Virus record (IMG/VR): IMGVR_UViG_3300038825_001395
Direction: 5' to 3' (one strand)
From: an uncultured virus (IMG/VR IMGVR_UViG_3300038825_001395)
Taxonomy: Duplodnaviria > Heunggongvirae > Uroviricota > Caudoviricetes
DNA length: 64,000 nucleotides
The notes beneath the pieces were generated by a model. That model was not told the DNA's origin, made no database searches, and saw only the letters and a program-made list of their open reading frames with translations. Shown here piece by piece: positions 28,854 to 39,249 of this stretch; the first letter of the stretch is position 1, and the number at the start of each line of letters is the position of its first letter. The position numbers and the translations under genes were made by a program.

Positions 28854-29330
28854 CTAAACTTCTAATGCTCTTCTAAACCAACCAAAGTAAAATTTCTCTA
28901 AATCAGGTTTTCTTGTGACTAAATCAGCGTAATATTTAACACGGTATGCCCTAACCCTTTGTAACTCAACTCCATCCATAGCAGCTATTGTCTTAGGTCC
29001 CATTCCACCATCTACTTTAAGTCCAGCACCTTTAGCATTAGCAGCCTGTTGTAAAATTTTAACGGCTCTTCCTCTACCTTGATTTACACACATATCAAAG
29101 TAAATATGTCTTAGTTCTTCTGAAAGAGACTCTACTTTGTTACCATCCCAATATACTTCTTTGTATATTTCTTTAGCACCATCTTTTGTAAGGTTTTTTA
29201 TATCCACATCAGGATGACTTCTTTTGGCTATACCAAAATTAGTTTCTCCACCAGGATCTTTCGGGTCATTAACGTATCCACCTTCGTGGTGTAATACTAC
29301 TTCTATTATATCGTCAAATTTAGTTAACAT
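28854..29330 (-). CDS. Endolysin, glycoside hydrolase family 108 with peptidoglycan-binding domain
   Basis: HEGGYVNDPKDPGGETNFGI catalytic motif; VDGGMGPKT and KFYFGWFRR. Confidence 0.92.
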   Translation of the reverse strand: MLTKFDDIIEVVLHHEGGYVNDPKDPGGETNFGIAKRSHPDVDIKNLTKDGAKEIYKEVYWDGNKVESLSEELRHIYFDMCVNQGRGRAVKILQQAANAKGAGLKVDGGMGPKTIAAMDGVELQRVRAYRVKYYADLVTRKPDLEKFYFGWFRRALEV

Positions 29331-29339
29331 ATGTAACTC

Positions 29340-32300
29340 CTATTGTTTTTTTAGTTTATCAATTTCTTTTTGTTGTTCTTCAACTTTCTTTGTTAGTTCT
29401 TGAACAGCTTTTATCAAAGGTGTAATCAATTCTGTTTCACCTAATTCTTGCATTCCATCAGTATTTTCTTTCCATACAGGAAAATCAGAGTGTCCTACTG
29501 AATCCATAGCTTCTTTAACTTCTTGTGCTACAAACCCATAATGTTTTCTGTTTGGATTTTTTCTTTCCGTTACTTCAGCATCATATCCATCAAACTCTGT
29601 TGGGTATTCACTTGGAGCTTTTTTCTTAAAGGTTCTTGTTTTTAGTTTGTTAATAAACTCTAAACCTAAAGTGTTATCCTCAATATCTTTTTTAATTCTC
29701 CTATCAGAAGAATGTGTCCAAGTAGCATTTTCACCGAAGTCGTTTGTGATATGGTCTGAATCAACACCTATCCGAATAGTTTCGGTTCCAGCACCTGTTA
29801 CATTTCCTTGTCCAGCCGCTATTACTATTTCATCATCCACGCCAGTAGCAGAAGCTTGAGTTCTACCAATAAATACATTGTAATCTCCGGTTTGTAAATT
29901 ACTTCCTGCCGAATTACCTAAATGAACATTACCGGTTCCAGTTGTTACTGCTTTTCCTGCTCGGTATCCATACATAGCATTTTGATCACCTTGAACATTA
30001 TATCCAGCTTCAAATCCTATAGCAATATTTTCACGACCACCATCTGAATTTTGTCCAGCAGTATATCCTAAAAATACTTGTCTTATACCACCATCTTTAT
30101 TAGTTCCACCCCCATAAAGAGCATTTATTCCAATTGCTATGTTTTCAGAACCTGATACTACTACTCCCATAGCACCACCAAGAGCAGCAAAGTTACCACC
30201 GTCATTTCCATTAAATCCAGCAGCATTACTTCCTTGTTCTAAGTTTTGTAGGGCAGAACCAAGAGCAATATTACCTGAGATATTACCAGAATCTGTTCCT
30301 TCTACACTATTCATAGCATTTGTTCCGATAGCAACATTACCAGTACCATTTTTTAAATCACCTAAGGCATTTGATCCGATAGCAACATTACCAGTCAATT
30401 CAGCACCAGTACCACTATTATCTTTATCACCTAATGCTTGATAGCCAATTGCTACGTTTTTAGATCCAGATTCCATCTGATACATAGCCTGATAACCAAG
30501 AGCTATGTTATAATCACCTTTTTCCAAAGAATATAAACTAGTTTGTCCAATGGCTATGTTATCATCTAAATCTAATCCGTTAGCACCAGCTTGATACATA
30601 GCTTGATTTCCAATAGCAATCTGATTTGCACCTGATTGCATCTGTCCATTAGAGTTACTACCTATGGCTATATTTTGTGTAAAAATATTTGAAGCAACTC
30701 CTTCTGAGCCGTTAAGAGCATAACTTCCTATGGCAATATTACTAGATCCTGAATCTGAGGAGTTGAACGCATTTGAACCTATTGCTATGTTATCATCGCC
30801 GTCTTTGAAATTAAGACCTGCTTGGTATCCTAAGAATGTATTTTTATCAGAACCATCTCCTAATCTATATCCAGCTTTATAACCAAGAGCAAGAGTGTAA
30901 TCACAGTTTGTTGCTTGGTATCCTGCTTGGTAACCAACAAAGAAGTTATAGTCACCGCCGTTAAAATTCATACTATCACCAGACATAACTTGTGTACCAA
31001 AAGCAATATTGTTACTACCAAAGTCTCGGGTACCTGTTCCAGCGTTATTAAAAGCAGCTCTGTTTCCTACTACAAAATTATCAGAACCTGTATAATAATT
31101 CTTAAAAACATCGTGACCAAGTGCTATGTTATTACTACCCTTTTTAAAGTACCTAGCAGCTTCATCACCTATAAATATATTTGTAGAATAAGCAGTATTA
31201 CTATTTGAGTTATTATCACCGCCGTTGTAAGCAGCTTGATTTCCCATTATGATATTATTTGAGCCTGATGTTAGGGAAAAACCAGCTTCCTTACCAATAA
31301 TAATACTACCTTGTTGTTTTGAGTTCCTAGCAGTACTTCTACCTATAATTACAGAATCAGTTACAGCTCTACCTACTTGTGCAGCACCATATCCTATAAC
31401 TGTATTAAATTCACCTAAAGAAGTTGTTGGATTATCTATTTGAGCTCCAGCAGCTACTCCAATATATGTATTACCTTGACCGGTGGTATTACTCTGACCT
31501 GCACCTTGGCCAACAAAAACATTACTATCACCGGTTGTTGTATTTTGTCCAGCTTGACTTCCAACTGCAGTATTATAATCAGCCTCATTAACCCTTAATG
31601 AATAATATCCGATAGCAACATTACTAGCTTGATCTCCGTTTCCATCACTACCCTTCATAGCCTCATTACCAACCACCGTATTTTGGTCACCGGTTGTTAT
31701 ATATTGACCAGAATCTGCTCCGATAATTACATTTCTTCTACTTGTAGTTAGACCACCATCTATTTGAGCAGCAAAAGTATTACTATCACCGATTATAGTA
31801 TTGTCAGAACCACCGACTCCTGTTTGTATTATTATATCTGTAAATGTAGGAGCGGCCGCTGGTATATCAGTTAATCCAGCAGCAGAACCACTAAATGTTC
31901 CGGCATATACAATAGCACCTTTATCTTCACTTAGATAAATGTCCGTTACACCATCATCACCAATTGTAACGGTATTAGCTCCTTTACCGATTGCACTTTG
32001 ACCAATCACGGTTTCATTACTAGCTCCAGCAGTACCTTTAGTATTATATCCTATATATGTCCCACTATCACCTGTTGTTTGTAAATCACCAGCTCCGCGG
32101 CCAACTGCGGTGACATTATTACCTGTTGTAAGATCATTTCCTGTTTGATAACCTAATAATACATTATAACTTCCACCATCCAAATCTTGTCCTGAAAAAT
32201 ATCCTTGAATAAAGTTATATGTACCCATATCTCCAGTACCATTGGTTCTTGAAGAGTTGTAAGCAGACCTTATCCCCAAAACCACATTATTTGAACCAGT

Positions 32301-34226
32301 TGAATATTGTTGAGCAACATCACCGCCAATAAATACATTAGAACCGCCCTTTTCAATATATTGTGCAGCTTGTGAACCAATTGATATATTACCACCGACA
32401 CTATTTAACCCATCTTGTCCAGCATATGTCATAGCATTAGTTCCGATAGCAATATTACTATCTCCGTTTTCAAGATTCTGTAAAGCAGTATATCCAATAG
32501 CAATATTTTTATCGTTTTGATTTTGGGTTGAATCACCTATATCTTTCATAGCGTCTCTACCAATTGCTATATTATATGATCCGGTTACATGATCCATCAT
32601 CGCTTGATAACCAATAGCAATATTAGCATCAGGACCTTGACTAGTATATTGTCCTTTTTCTGCATTTTTTAAAGCACTAAACCCAATAGCAATACAATTT
32701 TGAATTCTCCCCCCATCTGCCCCAGCACTTGACATAGCACCATTTCCAAGAGCAACATTGTGAGCAAGATAACCTGTTGCTGAACTAATAGCAGAATTTC
32801 CAATAGCAATATTGTTACTTGTAGTTGAGTTCTCACCGGCATCTAAAGAATAAGATCCAATTGCTATATTATCAGAACCACTATCGGTGTTTTTCATAGA
32901 ATTTACACCAATTGCTATATTTTGATCACCTACCGCAAAATTCTCTCCACTATCGTGTCCCATAAAAATATTAAAATCAGAACCAGGTCTTAAACTTTTT
33001 CCAGCTAATCGTCCTATAGCAATAGTATCGTCTGCATCACTAGCTAATGACATAGCTGAATCGCCTATTGCTACATTATAATCTCCTGTAGTTTCGGTAT
33101 GTAAAGAATCATGACCTAAAGCAATATTACTTACACCATTTGTAATCTCACCCATAGAATCAGTACCGATTGCTATATTATTATTACCACCATTGTCATC
33201 AACTCCAGCATCATGTCCAATAAAAACTGATGTATTTTCAGTTGGATGTTGTATTCTAATAGCTTTTCCATCATTAAGTACCATCTGTCCAAATGAAGCA
33301 GTTAAAGTTGTTGCTCCTTGAAAAGAACCACTTATTCCGGCTGCTGTAAATGGAGATGCTACATTTGTTAATTGACTTCCATCTCCAACAAAATTTGTTG
33401 CAATAACCCTTCCAAATGAACCGGTAGATGTTGCTGAACCACTAACTGTTCCTGTATGAAGTGTAGCTTGTGTGCCTTCTGTTATATAAAAATCTGTTGT
33501 ATCATCATTACCAATAGTTACTGTATTACTTCCCTTGCCGGTAGTAGATTTACCAATTACTATTTCGTTGTCGTTACCATTAGCAGAAGCTTTAGCAGCA
33601 TCTCCTATAAAAATACTTCTTTGATTTGTTTGTGCAGTTGCACCATCACCTAATCCAGCATTATTTCCGATTGCTACATTTTGATATCCGGTTGTGATTG
33701 TTGAACCCGCAGCGTTTCCCACAAAAGTATTTTTATATGAATTTGTGATTGCCGTTCCGGCACTTTGCCCAATCATAACATTATTACTGGTTCCTGTATT
33801 ATTTATATTAAGTCCAACACTTTCACCAATAAGAATATTATGAGAACCAAAATCATCAGCATCACTACCACCCGCAAGTCGCCCAATCGCTACATTATTA
33901 CTTCCGACAGTTCTAGCTTTTAAAGCGTTGTTACCAATGGCTACATTATGAGCACCGTTTGCTATTCCAGTAAGAACTTCAGTTCCAATTCCAACATTAT
34001 CATTTCCAGAACCATCATCTGATAAACCAGTTCCCCCATCACCCATATACATAGAACTACCGATTGTAAATAATTGTGGTGGAAAATTTCTACCATTCAT
34101 TCTTATGTGTCCAAACGAACCAGTTGAGGTTGATGAACCACTTATGTTTCCACCATAAGATGTAGCTGTGAGAGATGATAAACTGGCATCAGAGCCAGAG
34201 ACTATAAGTTTTTTCCAAGATGGCAT
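29340..34226 (-). CDS. Tail fibre / adhesin with YadA-like beta-roll repeats and C-terminal S74 intramolecular chaperone
   Basis: Dozens of N-x-A-I-G-x-x-A ~14-mer repeats; SSDRRIKKDI..GFVAQEV..LIKAVQEL. Confidence 0.85.
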   Translation of the reverse strand: MPSWKKLIVSGSDASLSSLTATSYGGNISGSSTSTGSFGHIRMNGRNFPPQLFTIGSSMYMGDGGTGLSDDGSGNDNVGIGTEVLTGIANGAHNVAIGNNALKARTVGSNNVAIGRLAGGSDADDFGSHNILIGESVGLNINNTGTSNNVMIGQSAGTAITNSYKNTFVGNAAGSTITTGYQNVAIGNNAGLGDGATAQTNQRSIFIGDAAKASANGNDNEIVIGKSTTGKGSNTVTIGNDDTTDFYITEGTQATLHTGTVSGSATSTGSFGRVIATNFVGDGSQLTNVASPFTAAGISGSFQGATTLTASFGQMVLNDGKAIRIQHPTENTSVFIGHDAGVDDNGGNNNIAIGTDSMGEITNGVSNIALGHDSLHTETTGDYNVAIGDSAMSLASDADDTIAIGRLAGKSLRPGSDFNIFMGHDSGENFAVGDQNIAIGVNSMKNTDSGSDNIAIGSYSLDAGENSTTSNNIAIGNSAISSATGYLAHNVALGNGAMSSAGADGGRIQNCIAIGFSALKNAEKGQYTSQGPDANIAIGYQAMMDHVTGSYNIAIGRDAMKDIGDSTQNQNDKNIAIGYTALQNLENGDSNIAIGTNAMTYAGQDGLNSVGGNISIGSQAAQYIEKGGSNVFIGGDVAQQYSTGSNNVVLGIRSAYNSSRTNGTGDMGTYNFIQGYFSGQDLDGGSYNVLLGYQTGNDLTTGNNVTAVGRGAGDLQTTGDSGTYIGYNTKGTAGASNETVIGQSAIGKGANTVTIGDDGVTDIYLSEDKGAIVYAGTFSGSAAGLTDIPAAAPTFTDIIIQTGVGGSDNTIIGDSNTFAAQIDGGLTTSRRNVIIGADSGQYITTGDQNTVVGNEAMKGSDGNGDQASNVAIGYYSLRVNEADYNTAVGSQAGQNTTTGDSNVFVGQGAGQSNTTGQGNTYIGVAAGAQIDNPTTSLGEFNTVIGYGAAQVGRAVTDSVIIGRSTARNSKQQGSIIIGKEAGFSLTSGSNNIIMGNQAAYNGGDNNSNSNTAYSTNIFIGDEAARYFKKGSNNIALGHDVFKNYYTGSDNFVVGNRAAFNNAGTGTRDFGSNNIAFGTQVMSGDSMNFNGGDYNFFVGYQAGYQATNCDYTLALGYKAGYRLGDGSDKNTFLGYQAGLNFKDGDDNIAIGSNAFNSSDSGSSNIAIGSYALNGSEGVASNIFTQNIAIGSNSNGQMQSGANQIAIGNQAMYQAGANGLDLDDNIAIGQTSLYSLEKGDYNIALGYQAMYQMESGSKNVAIGYQALGDKDNSGTGAELTGNVAIGSNALGDLKNGTGNVAIGTNAMNSVEGTDSGNISGNIALGSALQNLEQGSNAAGFNGNDGGNFAALGGAMGVVVSGSENIAIGINALYGGGTNKDGGIRQVFLGYTAGQNSDGGRENIAIGFEAGYNVQGDQNAMYGYRAGKAVTTGTGNVHLGNSAGSNLQTGDYNVFIGRTQASATGVDDEIVIAAGQGNVTGAGTETIRIGVDSDHITNDFGENATWTHSSDRRIKKDIEDNTLGLEFINKLKTRTFKKKAPSEYPTEFDGYDAEVTERKNPNRKHYGFVAQEVKEAMDSVGHSDFPVWKENTDGMQELGETELITPLIKAVQELTKKVEEQQKEIDKLKKQ

Positions 34227-34239
34227 ATGTACTCCTATT

Positions 34240-34297
34240 GTGGTTGGTTACTCTTATTGAGCCCACTTCCCATCGTTGCCAAACGACAGGCCAACAC
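34240..34297 (-). ncRNA. Candidate structured cis-regulatory RNA (three-way junction) in the fibre gene leader
   Basis: GC-rich intergenic island: P1 GTTGG/CCAAC, P2 CCTGTCGTT-TGGC-AACGATGGG, P3 GCTC-AATAA-GAGT, ending just before SD TAGGAG. Confidence 0.45.
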
Positions 34298-34302
34298 TAA
34301 GA

Positions 34303-34554
34303 TTATTTATTTAATAGTTGTTTATAAGTATTCTGTAACTTAACTATTAAATTGTAAGTTAATTCTATTTCTACACCCTTAAAATCAAAATGAGCAAACT
34401 TTGATAAAATAAAAGTTATCTCGTCCTTTGATAATTCAACGGGTGCTTTTAATTCTTTTGGTTGTTCAACAACCTCTTGTTCTATTTCTTTTTTCAATTC
34501 TTCCTCAGTAGTTATTTCTACTGTTTTTTTTATTTGGTCTGATATTCCAGCCAT
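34303..34554 (-). CDS. Hypothetical small helical protein (possible fibre chaperone)
   Basis: 83 aa between fibre genes, GAGG SD. Confidence 0.55.
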   Translation of the reverse strand: MAGISDQIKKTVEITTEEELKKEIEQEVVEQPKELKAPVELSKDEITFILSKFAHFDFKGVEIELTYNLIVKLQNTYKQLLNK

Positions 34555-34572
34555 TATAACCTCACTTACTTA

Positions 34573-35238
34573 TTATGAATAAATGTATATTTCTCCATCA
34601 TCATCTACATGTATTTCTCCAACTCCATATTTTGGAGAACTTCCTACTGGACTAGCTGAAGCAGTATAAACTGTAGCAACAAATCCACCCCACTTACTAT
34701 CCGGTACATTAGTAGCAGTTGATGCTATACCTTTTCCAACCGACCATCTTTCTTTTGATATATCATGATACAAAGCACTACCACTATCTATAAAAGAACC
34801 ACTCTGAACAATAATACCAGCATCAACATTTGTTCCAGCAGATCCTGTAGCAAAGAAACCAAAAGCATCTTGAACTAATATGTTACTTGTTGATATGGTT
34901 GTAGTGTCGCCGTTGATAGTTAAGTCACCACCTACAGTCACATTATTTGTTGTAGTTAAAGAACCAAATGTTACATTAGCATCTGATGATAAGTCTTGGT
35001 CAACAGTAGCATTATCTTCAACAGTTAATGTTTTTGAAGCACCACTAAAGGTTATCGTTCCATCATTTCCATCACCAACAGTCAAACTTTCATTTAATGT
35101 TAGTGTTCTACCCGCACCAACAGCATTTATCGTGACATCATTATTTTGTGTTGTAAAGTTTCCAGCAGTTGTTAGAGTTCCACCTGTAGTTACATTTCCA
35201 CCTAAAGTAAAAGTATGTGAACCGAAACTAGCAACAGT
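34573..35238 (-). CDS. C-terminal part of a tail fibre protein (5' end in the scaffold gap)
   Basis: Frame is open from the N gap (TVASFGSHTF..) to TAA 34575-34573; VGGDLTINGDTTTISTSNILVQ fibre motif. Confidence 0.6.
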   Translation of the reverse strand, partial: TVASFGSHTFTLGGNVTTGGTLTTAGNFTTQNNDVTINAVGAGRTLTLNESLTVGDGNDGTITFSGASKTLTVEDNATVDQDLSSDANVTFGSLTTTNNVTVGGDLTINGDTTTISTSNILVQDAFGFFATGSAGTNVDAGIIVQSGSFIDSGSALYHDISKERWSVGKGIASTATNVPDSKWGGFVATVYTASASPVGSSPKYGVGEIHVDDDGEIYIYS

Positions 35239-35248
35239 NNNNNNNNNN

Positions 35249-37112
35249 CTTGAACTAATATGTTACTTGTTGATATGGTTGTAGTGTCGCCGTTGATAGT
35301 TAAGTCACCACCTATTGTAACATCACCTGTAATTAAACTATTTCCAACAACATGAAGTTTTTCTGTTGCTGTTTCTATACCTACACCTAAATTACCAGCT
35401 GAACTAATCTGAACCTTATCGGAATTATTTATCTTAAAAGCAATTGGTTGGCCACTTTTAGCATTTATAATTGTTTTACCAGCGGCACTTTGAGCTAAAG
35501 CAAAATTTGCAGTAGAATCATTATCAACATGACTAAATCCAGCCATATCTGAATATCCTATGAATCCTACATGAGCTCTTCCAAATTCAAAACTAGCATC
35601 TGTGTCTCTATTTGCAAGTTGTAAATGTCCAAACGAACCTGTTGAGGTTGATGAGCCACTTATGTTTCCAGCAAAATCTTTTATACCATGAAATGTAGCA
35701 CCTGTTGAAGAACCTGAAGCAAAATAAACATCTGTTATTTGATTATCACCAAAGGTTATTGTATCCGTTCCGTGACCATTGGTTTCTGAACCTATTACTA
35801 TTTCATTATTAGAATCTGCAGCATTAGCTTTTGCACTTCTTCCTATATAAATACCATTATTAAGTGTGGTGGCTGTTATACCACTCCTACCTTGACCTGC
35901 ATAAGTTCCAATAGCAACATTATCTCTACTAACGGTAAGTGTATTGCCTGCCCTATCGCCGATAAGAACATTGGATATACTGGTTGTGCCAGCAGTTCCC
36001 GCGGTATTACCAATGAAAACATTTGCATCTGAATTTGTGCTGTTTATAGCAAGTCCTGTACTCAATCCGATGAAAACATTCTTATCACCGAAATCATCAC
36101 CATCCGTTCCACCGGCACTTGTTCCTATAGCAACATTACTATCACCACGAGTTCTTAATTTAGCCGCATTTGATCCAATATAAACATTTCCACCATAATC
36201 AGCCATAGCGGTTCCGGCATTAACACCAATTGCAATATTTATTTTATTAGCATTTCCACCAACAAAAGCACTACCAGCATTTGTTCCAAAAGCAATATTT
36301 TCACCAGGTGCATTGGTTTGTGGAAAGTGTTTTCCATTTTGCATTACTGAACCAAACGAACCAGTTGAAGTTAATGAACCGCTTATAGTGTCCCCAAGAA
36401 ATGTATGAGTATCATCCGCAGTATCACCAAATATGGTTGAACCACTTATGGATTGATATTCAATACTTGTAACAGAAGAACTTACAATAAAGTTTTGAGC
36501 AGTTATTGTTCCAAGAATATCAATATTACCTGTTCCGGTAATGTTGTTTGAATTAAGGTCTAAGTTTCCACCGAGTTGTGGAGTTGTATCGCCAGATAAA
36601 TCTGTATCTATTCCGGTTAAACTACTTCCATCTCCTAATAATTTACCGAATGAACCGGTAGATGTTGCTGAACCACTTATGTTTCCTGTAGCAAATACAT
36701 TTCCAACAACATGAAGTTTTTCTGATGCTTCGGTAAGGTTTCCGATACCCACATTTCCACTATCGTTGTTTTGTAGTATTACATCTTCAGTACCAACATC
36801 TGTTCTTATAAAAAGATGACCAGTAGATGGATTATTAAAAATAAAAGAACTTTTAGCGTTTGCTTTAAGTTCAATAGTACTATCAGAACCAGCACTTATG
36901 TTTTGAATTAATAATCTATCATTACCATCCATAACTAAATGGGCAAAATGATCTGGACTCGTAGTTCCAATTCCTAATTTATTACCTGTTACAAAACCAA
37001 ACGAACCTGTTGAGGTTGCTGAACCACTTATGTTTCCACCATAAGATGTAGCTGTTAATTGATTTAACTCGGCATTACTTCCTGATACTATAATCTTCTT
37101 CCAACTTGGCAC
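35249..37112 (-). CDS. N-terminal part of a tail fibre protein (runs into the scaffold gap)
   Basis: MPSWKKIIVSGS start, as in 29340-34226; four ISGSxTSTGSFG repeats, GIG repeats, NxAIG repeats. Confidence 0.7.
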
Positions 37113-37113
37113 G

Positions 37114-37704
37114 TTATTCTCCTGTTCCTAAATAGAACTCATTTTCATCTGTATTATAATAAAAACCACCTTCAACCACATCGGGCTCATCTGTAAAACC
37201 ACCTAAATTCATAACTCCCTTATCATTTACCTCAAAAGCAGAAAAACTACCTGACTTAACTAAGAAAAGGTCTTTCTCTACACTTGTAGGTGAAACTGAT
37301 AAGTAAGAACTAAAACTATTATCACCAACATTAAGTTGTTGAAGAGAGCCTGTTCCTTGTATTAAAAAGTTTCCTGTTCCACCAATATCTTTACTATTAA
37401 GGTCTAAGTCACCGCCGAGTTGTGGTGATGAATCTACTAATAATGGAATCTCGTCTGTTTCTAAATTTTTATTACCCCAATAAAGAACACCACTACGGCT
37501 ATGCAGTTTATTACCACTTACACCTTGACCATCTTCTATTTCTAAAAATTCACTTGTGGTAAAAGAACCGGATAACCGAAAGTCATCTAATACATTTCCA
37601 AGAGCATCATATAAAGTTTTATCATCTTCACGAATTTGTAATAGATGTTGAAATGTACTAGATATGGCGGCGCCAGTTAAATCTAAATCGGGTCTATCTG
37701 CCAT
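37114..37704 (-). CDS. Putative tail fibre-associated structural protein
   Basis: Shares PQLGGDLDLNS with the fibre genes; ends EGGFYYNTDENEFYLG. Confidence 0.55.
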   Translation of the reverse strand: MADRPDLDLTGAAISSTFQHLLQIREDDKTLYDALGNVLDDFRLSGSFTTSEFLEIEDGQGVSGNKLHSRSGVLYWGNKNLETDEIPLLVDSSPQLGGDLDLNSKDIGGTGNFLIQGTGSLQQLNVGDNSFSSYLSVSPTSVEKDLFLVKSGSFSAFEVNDKGVMNLGGFTDEPDVVEGGFYYNTDENEFYLGTGE

Positions 37705-37705
37705 T

Positions 37706-38227
37706 TTAACTTAGCCCTTGTAAAACCTTTGATAAGAATTCATTAAAACCTTCTTGAATTTGTGCTTCCTTATAATAATTATATAATACTTTAGAGAAAC
37801 GAGACTTATTTTTTAACATTACCTTTTTAGTTACTCCACTTTCTTTTAACATAGTTAGTATGTCTGTTTCTTGGGTAATCTTTTCTACAACTATCTTTGG
37901 TTTTTGCTCTTCTCTACTTAATACTTCTACGGTAACTCTTTTACTAGCAGTAACTTGAAATTCTTCTTCATAAGGTTGAAAGTAAGCATCTTCAGCAATT
38001 ACTTCTAACTCCATAGTTCCCCTTTGTCCATCTTCGGTTAAACCTTTTAACTTTGGAAAAACAATCTCACCTTTCCCACCAGATTTAATCTTACCTTCAA
38101 TCATTAAATTTTTATCTTCAAATTTTAATATAGCTCTAATCTTTGAGTCTTTTACATTAACTCCTTCTAAAGCTACATTACATTCAAATAATTCTTTTTT
38201 GTCTGTATAAAGTTTAAGCATACACAT
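37706..38227 (-). CDS. Hypothetical protein
   Basis: 173 aa operonic ORF; start probably MLKLYTDK. Confidence 0.55.
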   Translation of the reverse strand: MCMLKLYTDKKELFECNVALEGVNVKDSKIRAILKFEDKNLMIEGKIKSGGKGEIVFPKLKGLTEDGQRGTMELEVIAEDAYFQPYEEEFQVTASKRVTVEVLSREEQKPKIVVEKITQETDILTMLKESGVTKKVMLKNKSRFSKVLYNYYKEAQIQEGFNEFLSKVLQGLS

Positions 38228-38537
38228 TCACCTTTGGTTTATTTAATACTTCCTGTATTACTAAATCTATGTTTGATAAAGCAATATTAACATTGTCTGG
38301 TATTATTACATTATCTTTTATTGTTTTTCCTTTAACTTTTAGGATTAATCCAATCATCTTCTTTTTCTTTTCTTTATCCTTTTGAAAAAGATTTTCATAT
38401 TTTTTTCTACTACCTTTACCTCGTAGTAAATATAATTCATACGCCAAACTAAACTCTTCAAATGTAAATTTAGAGAGTGTAGGATCAGCAGCTAATTGTT
38501 GTGGTGATATATCGGCACCATCCCATGTAATCGGCAT
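38214..38537 (-). CDS. Hypothetical protein
   Basis: 107 aa, AGGA SD and promoter motif upstream. Confidence 0.55.
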   Translation of the reverse strand: MPITWDGADISPQQLAADPTLSKFTFEEFSLAYELYLLRGKGSRKKYENLFQKDKEKKKKMIGLILKVKGKTIKDNVIIPDNVNIALSNIDLVIQEVLNKPKVNVYA

Positions 38538-38619
38538 AAAGTTATCCTAATTATTCATATATAAATATTAATCTTATTTAATTAACAATTATTATTATGA
38601 TATTATCTCCATATTCGCA

Positions 38620-39249
38620 TCAAGCTCTTGGTGTATTTTTTGTTATCACAACTGCATCAGTTTGTCCATTACTAGTAAAAGTACAAGTTCTGTTTTGATT
38701 AGCAGCTGCAGTATGCCCTACAAGCCGAAACCTCACATATATAGTATCACTAGAACTATATGTTGGACTATATGATAATTGAGTTCCTTCTGCTACATAA
38801 CCGGTAGCACTATTAGCCGTACCACCACTTCCAGGATCACCACTTATACTTACAGATAATGACAATGTTCCAAGTTGTGGATTTGAGGTAGGTATGTCTG
38901 CAGTTAAAGCTCCAGCTCCATTAGCCAAGGTAAAAGTTTTTAAAACAGTTGTTGGAGTATAAGGACCACCAGTATCAATAGGAGCTGATATTGTAAAATC
39001 AGCAATAACACTACTGAAAGGATTAAAATCATGGTCATAACTATAAAACTCACTCATAGCATGTGGAGCACTGCCATCTGGTCTATTAGCAGAAGCATTA
39101 GACTGATTTATTGGATTTGCATCTCCAGCTCCTGTTGAGAAATCTGTTAGTGACATCGCTCCTTGAAAGGAATCTGTATCATAATCAGCATCATCAATTT
39201 CATTTATTATACCTTTTAAAGATATTGGACCACTACTAGGAACTGCCAT
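38620..39249 (-). CDS. Putative fibre-tip / receptor-binding protein
   Basis: MAVPSSGPISL..APHAMSEFYSYDH N-terminal module typical of genes directly after S74 fibres; Ig-like C-terminus. Confidence 0.55.
   Translation of the reverse strand: MAVPSSGPISLKGIINEIDDADYDTDSFQGAMSLTDFSTGAGDANPINQSNASANRPDGSAPHAMSEFYSYDHDFNPFSSVIADFTISAPIDTGGPYTPTTVLKTFTLANGAGALTADIPTSNPQLGTLSLSVSISGDPGSGGTANSATGYVAEGTQLSYSPTYSSSDTIYVRFRLVGHTAAANQNRTCTFTSNGQTDAVVITKNTPRA

Noticed and set aside
35202..35248. ORF-track C-terminus LLLVSVHILLL for the 37112 fibre and start 35085 for the next ORF
   Set aside because: Artefacts of the 10-N scaffold gap; the downstream frame is open right up to the gap
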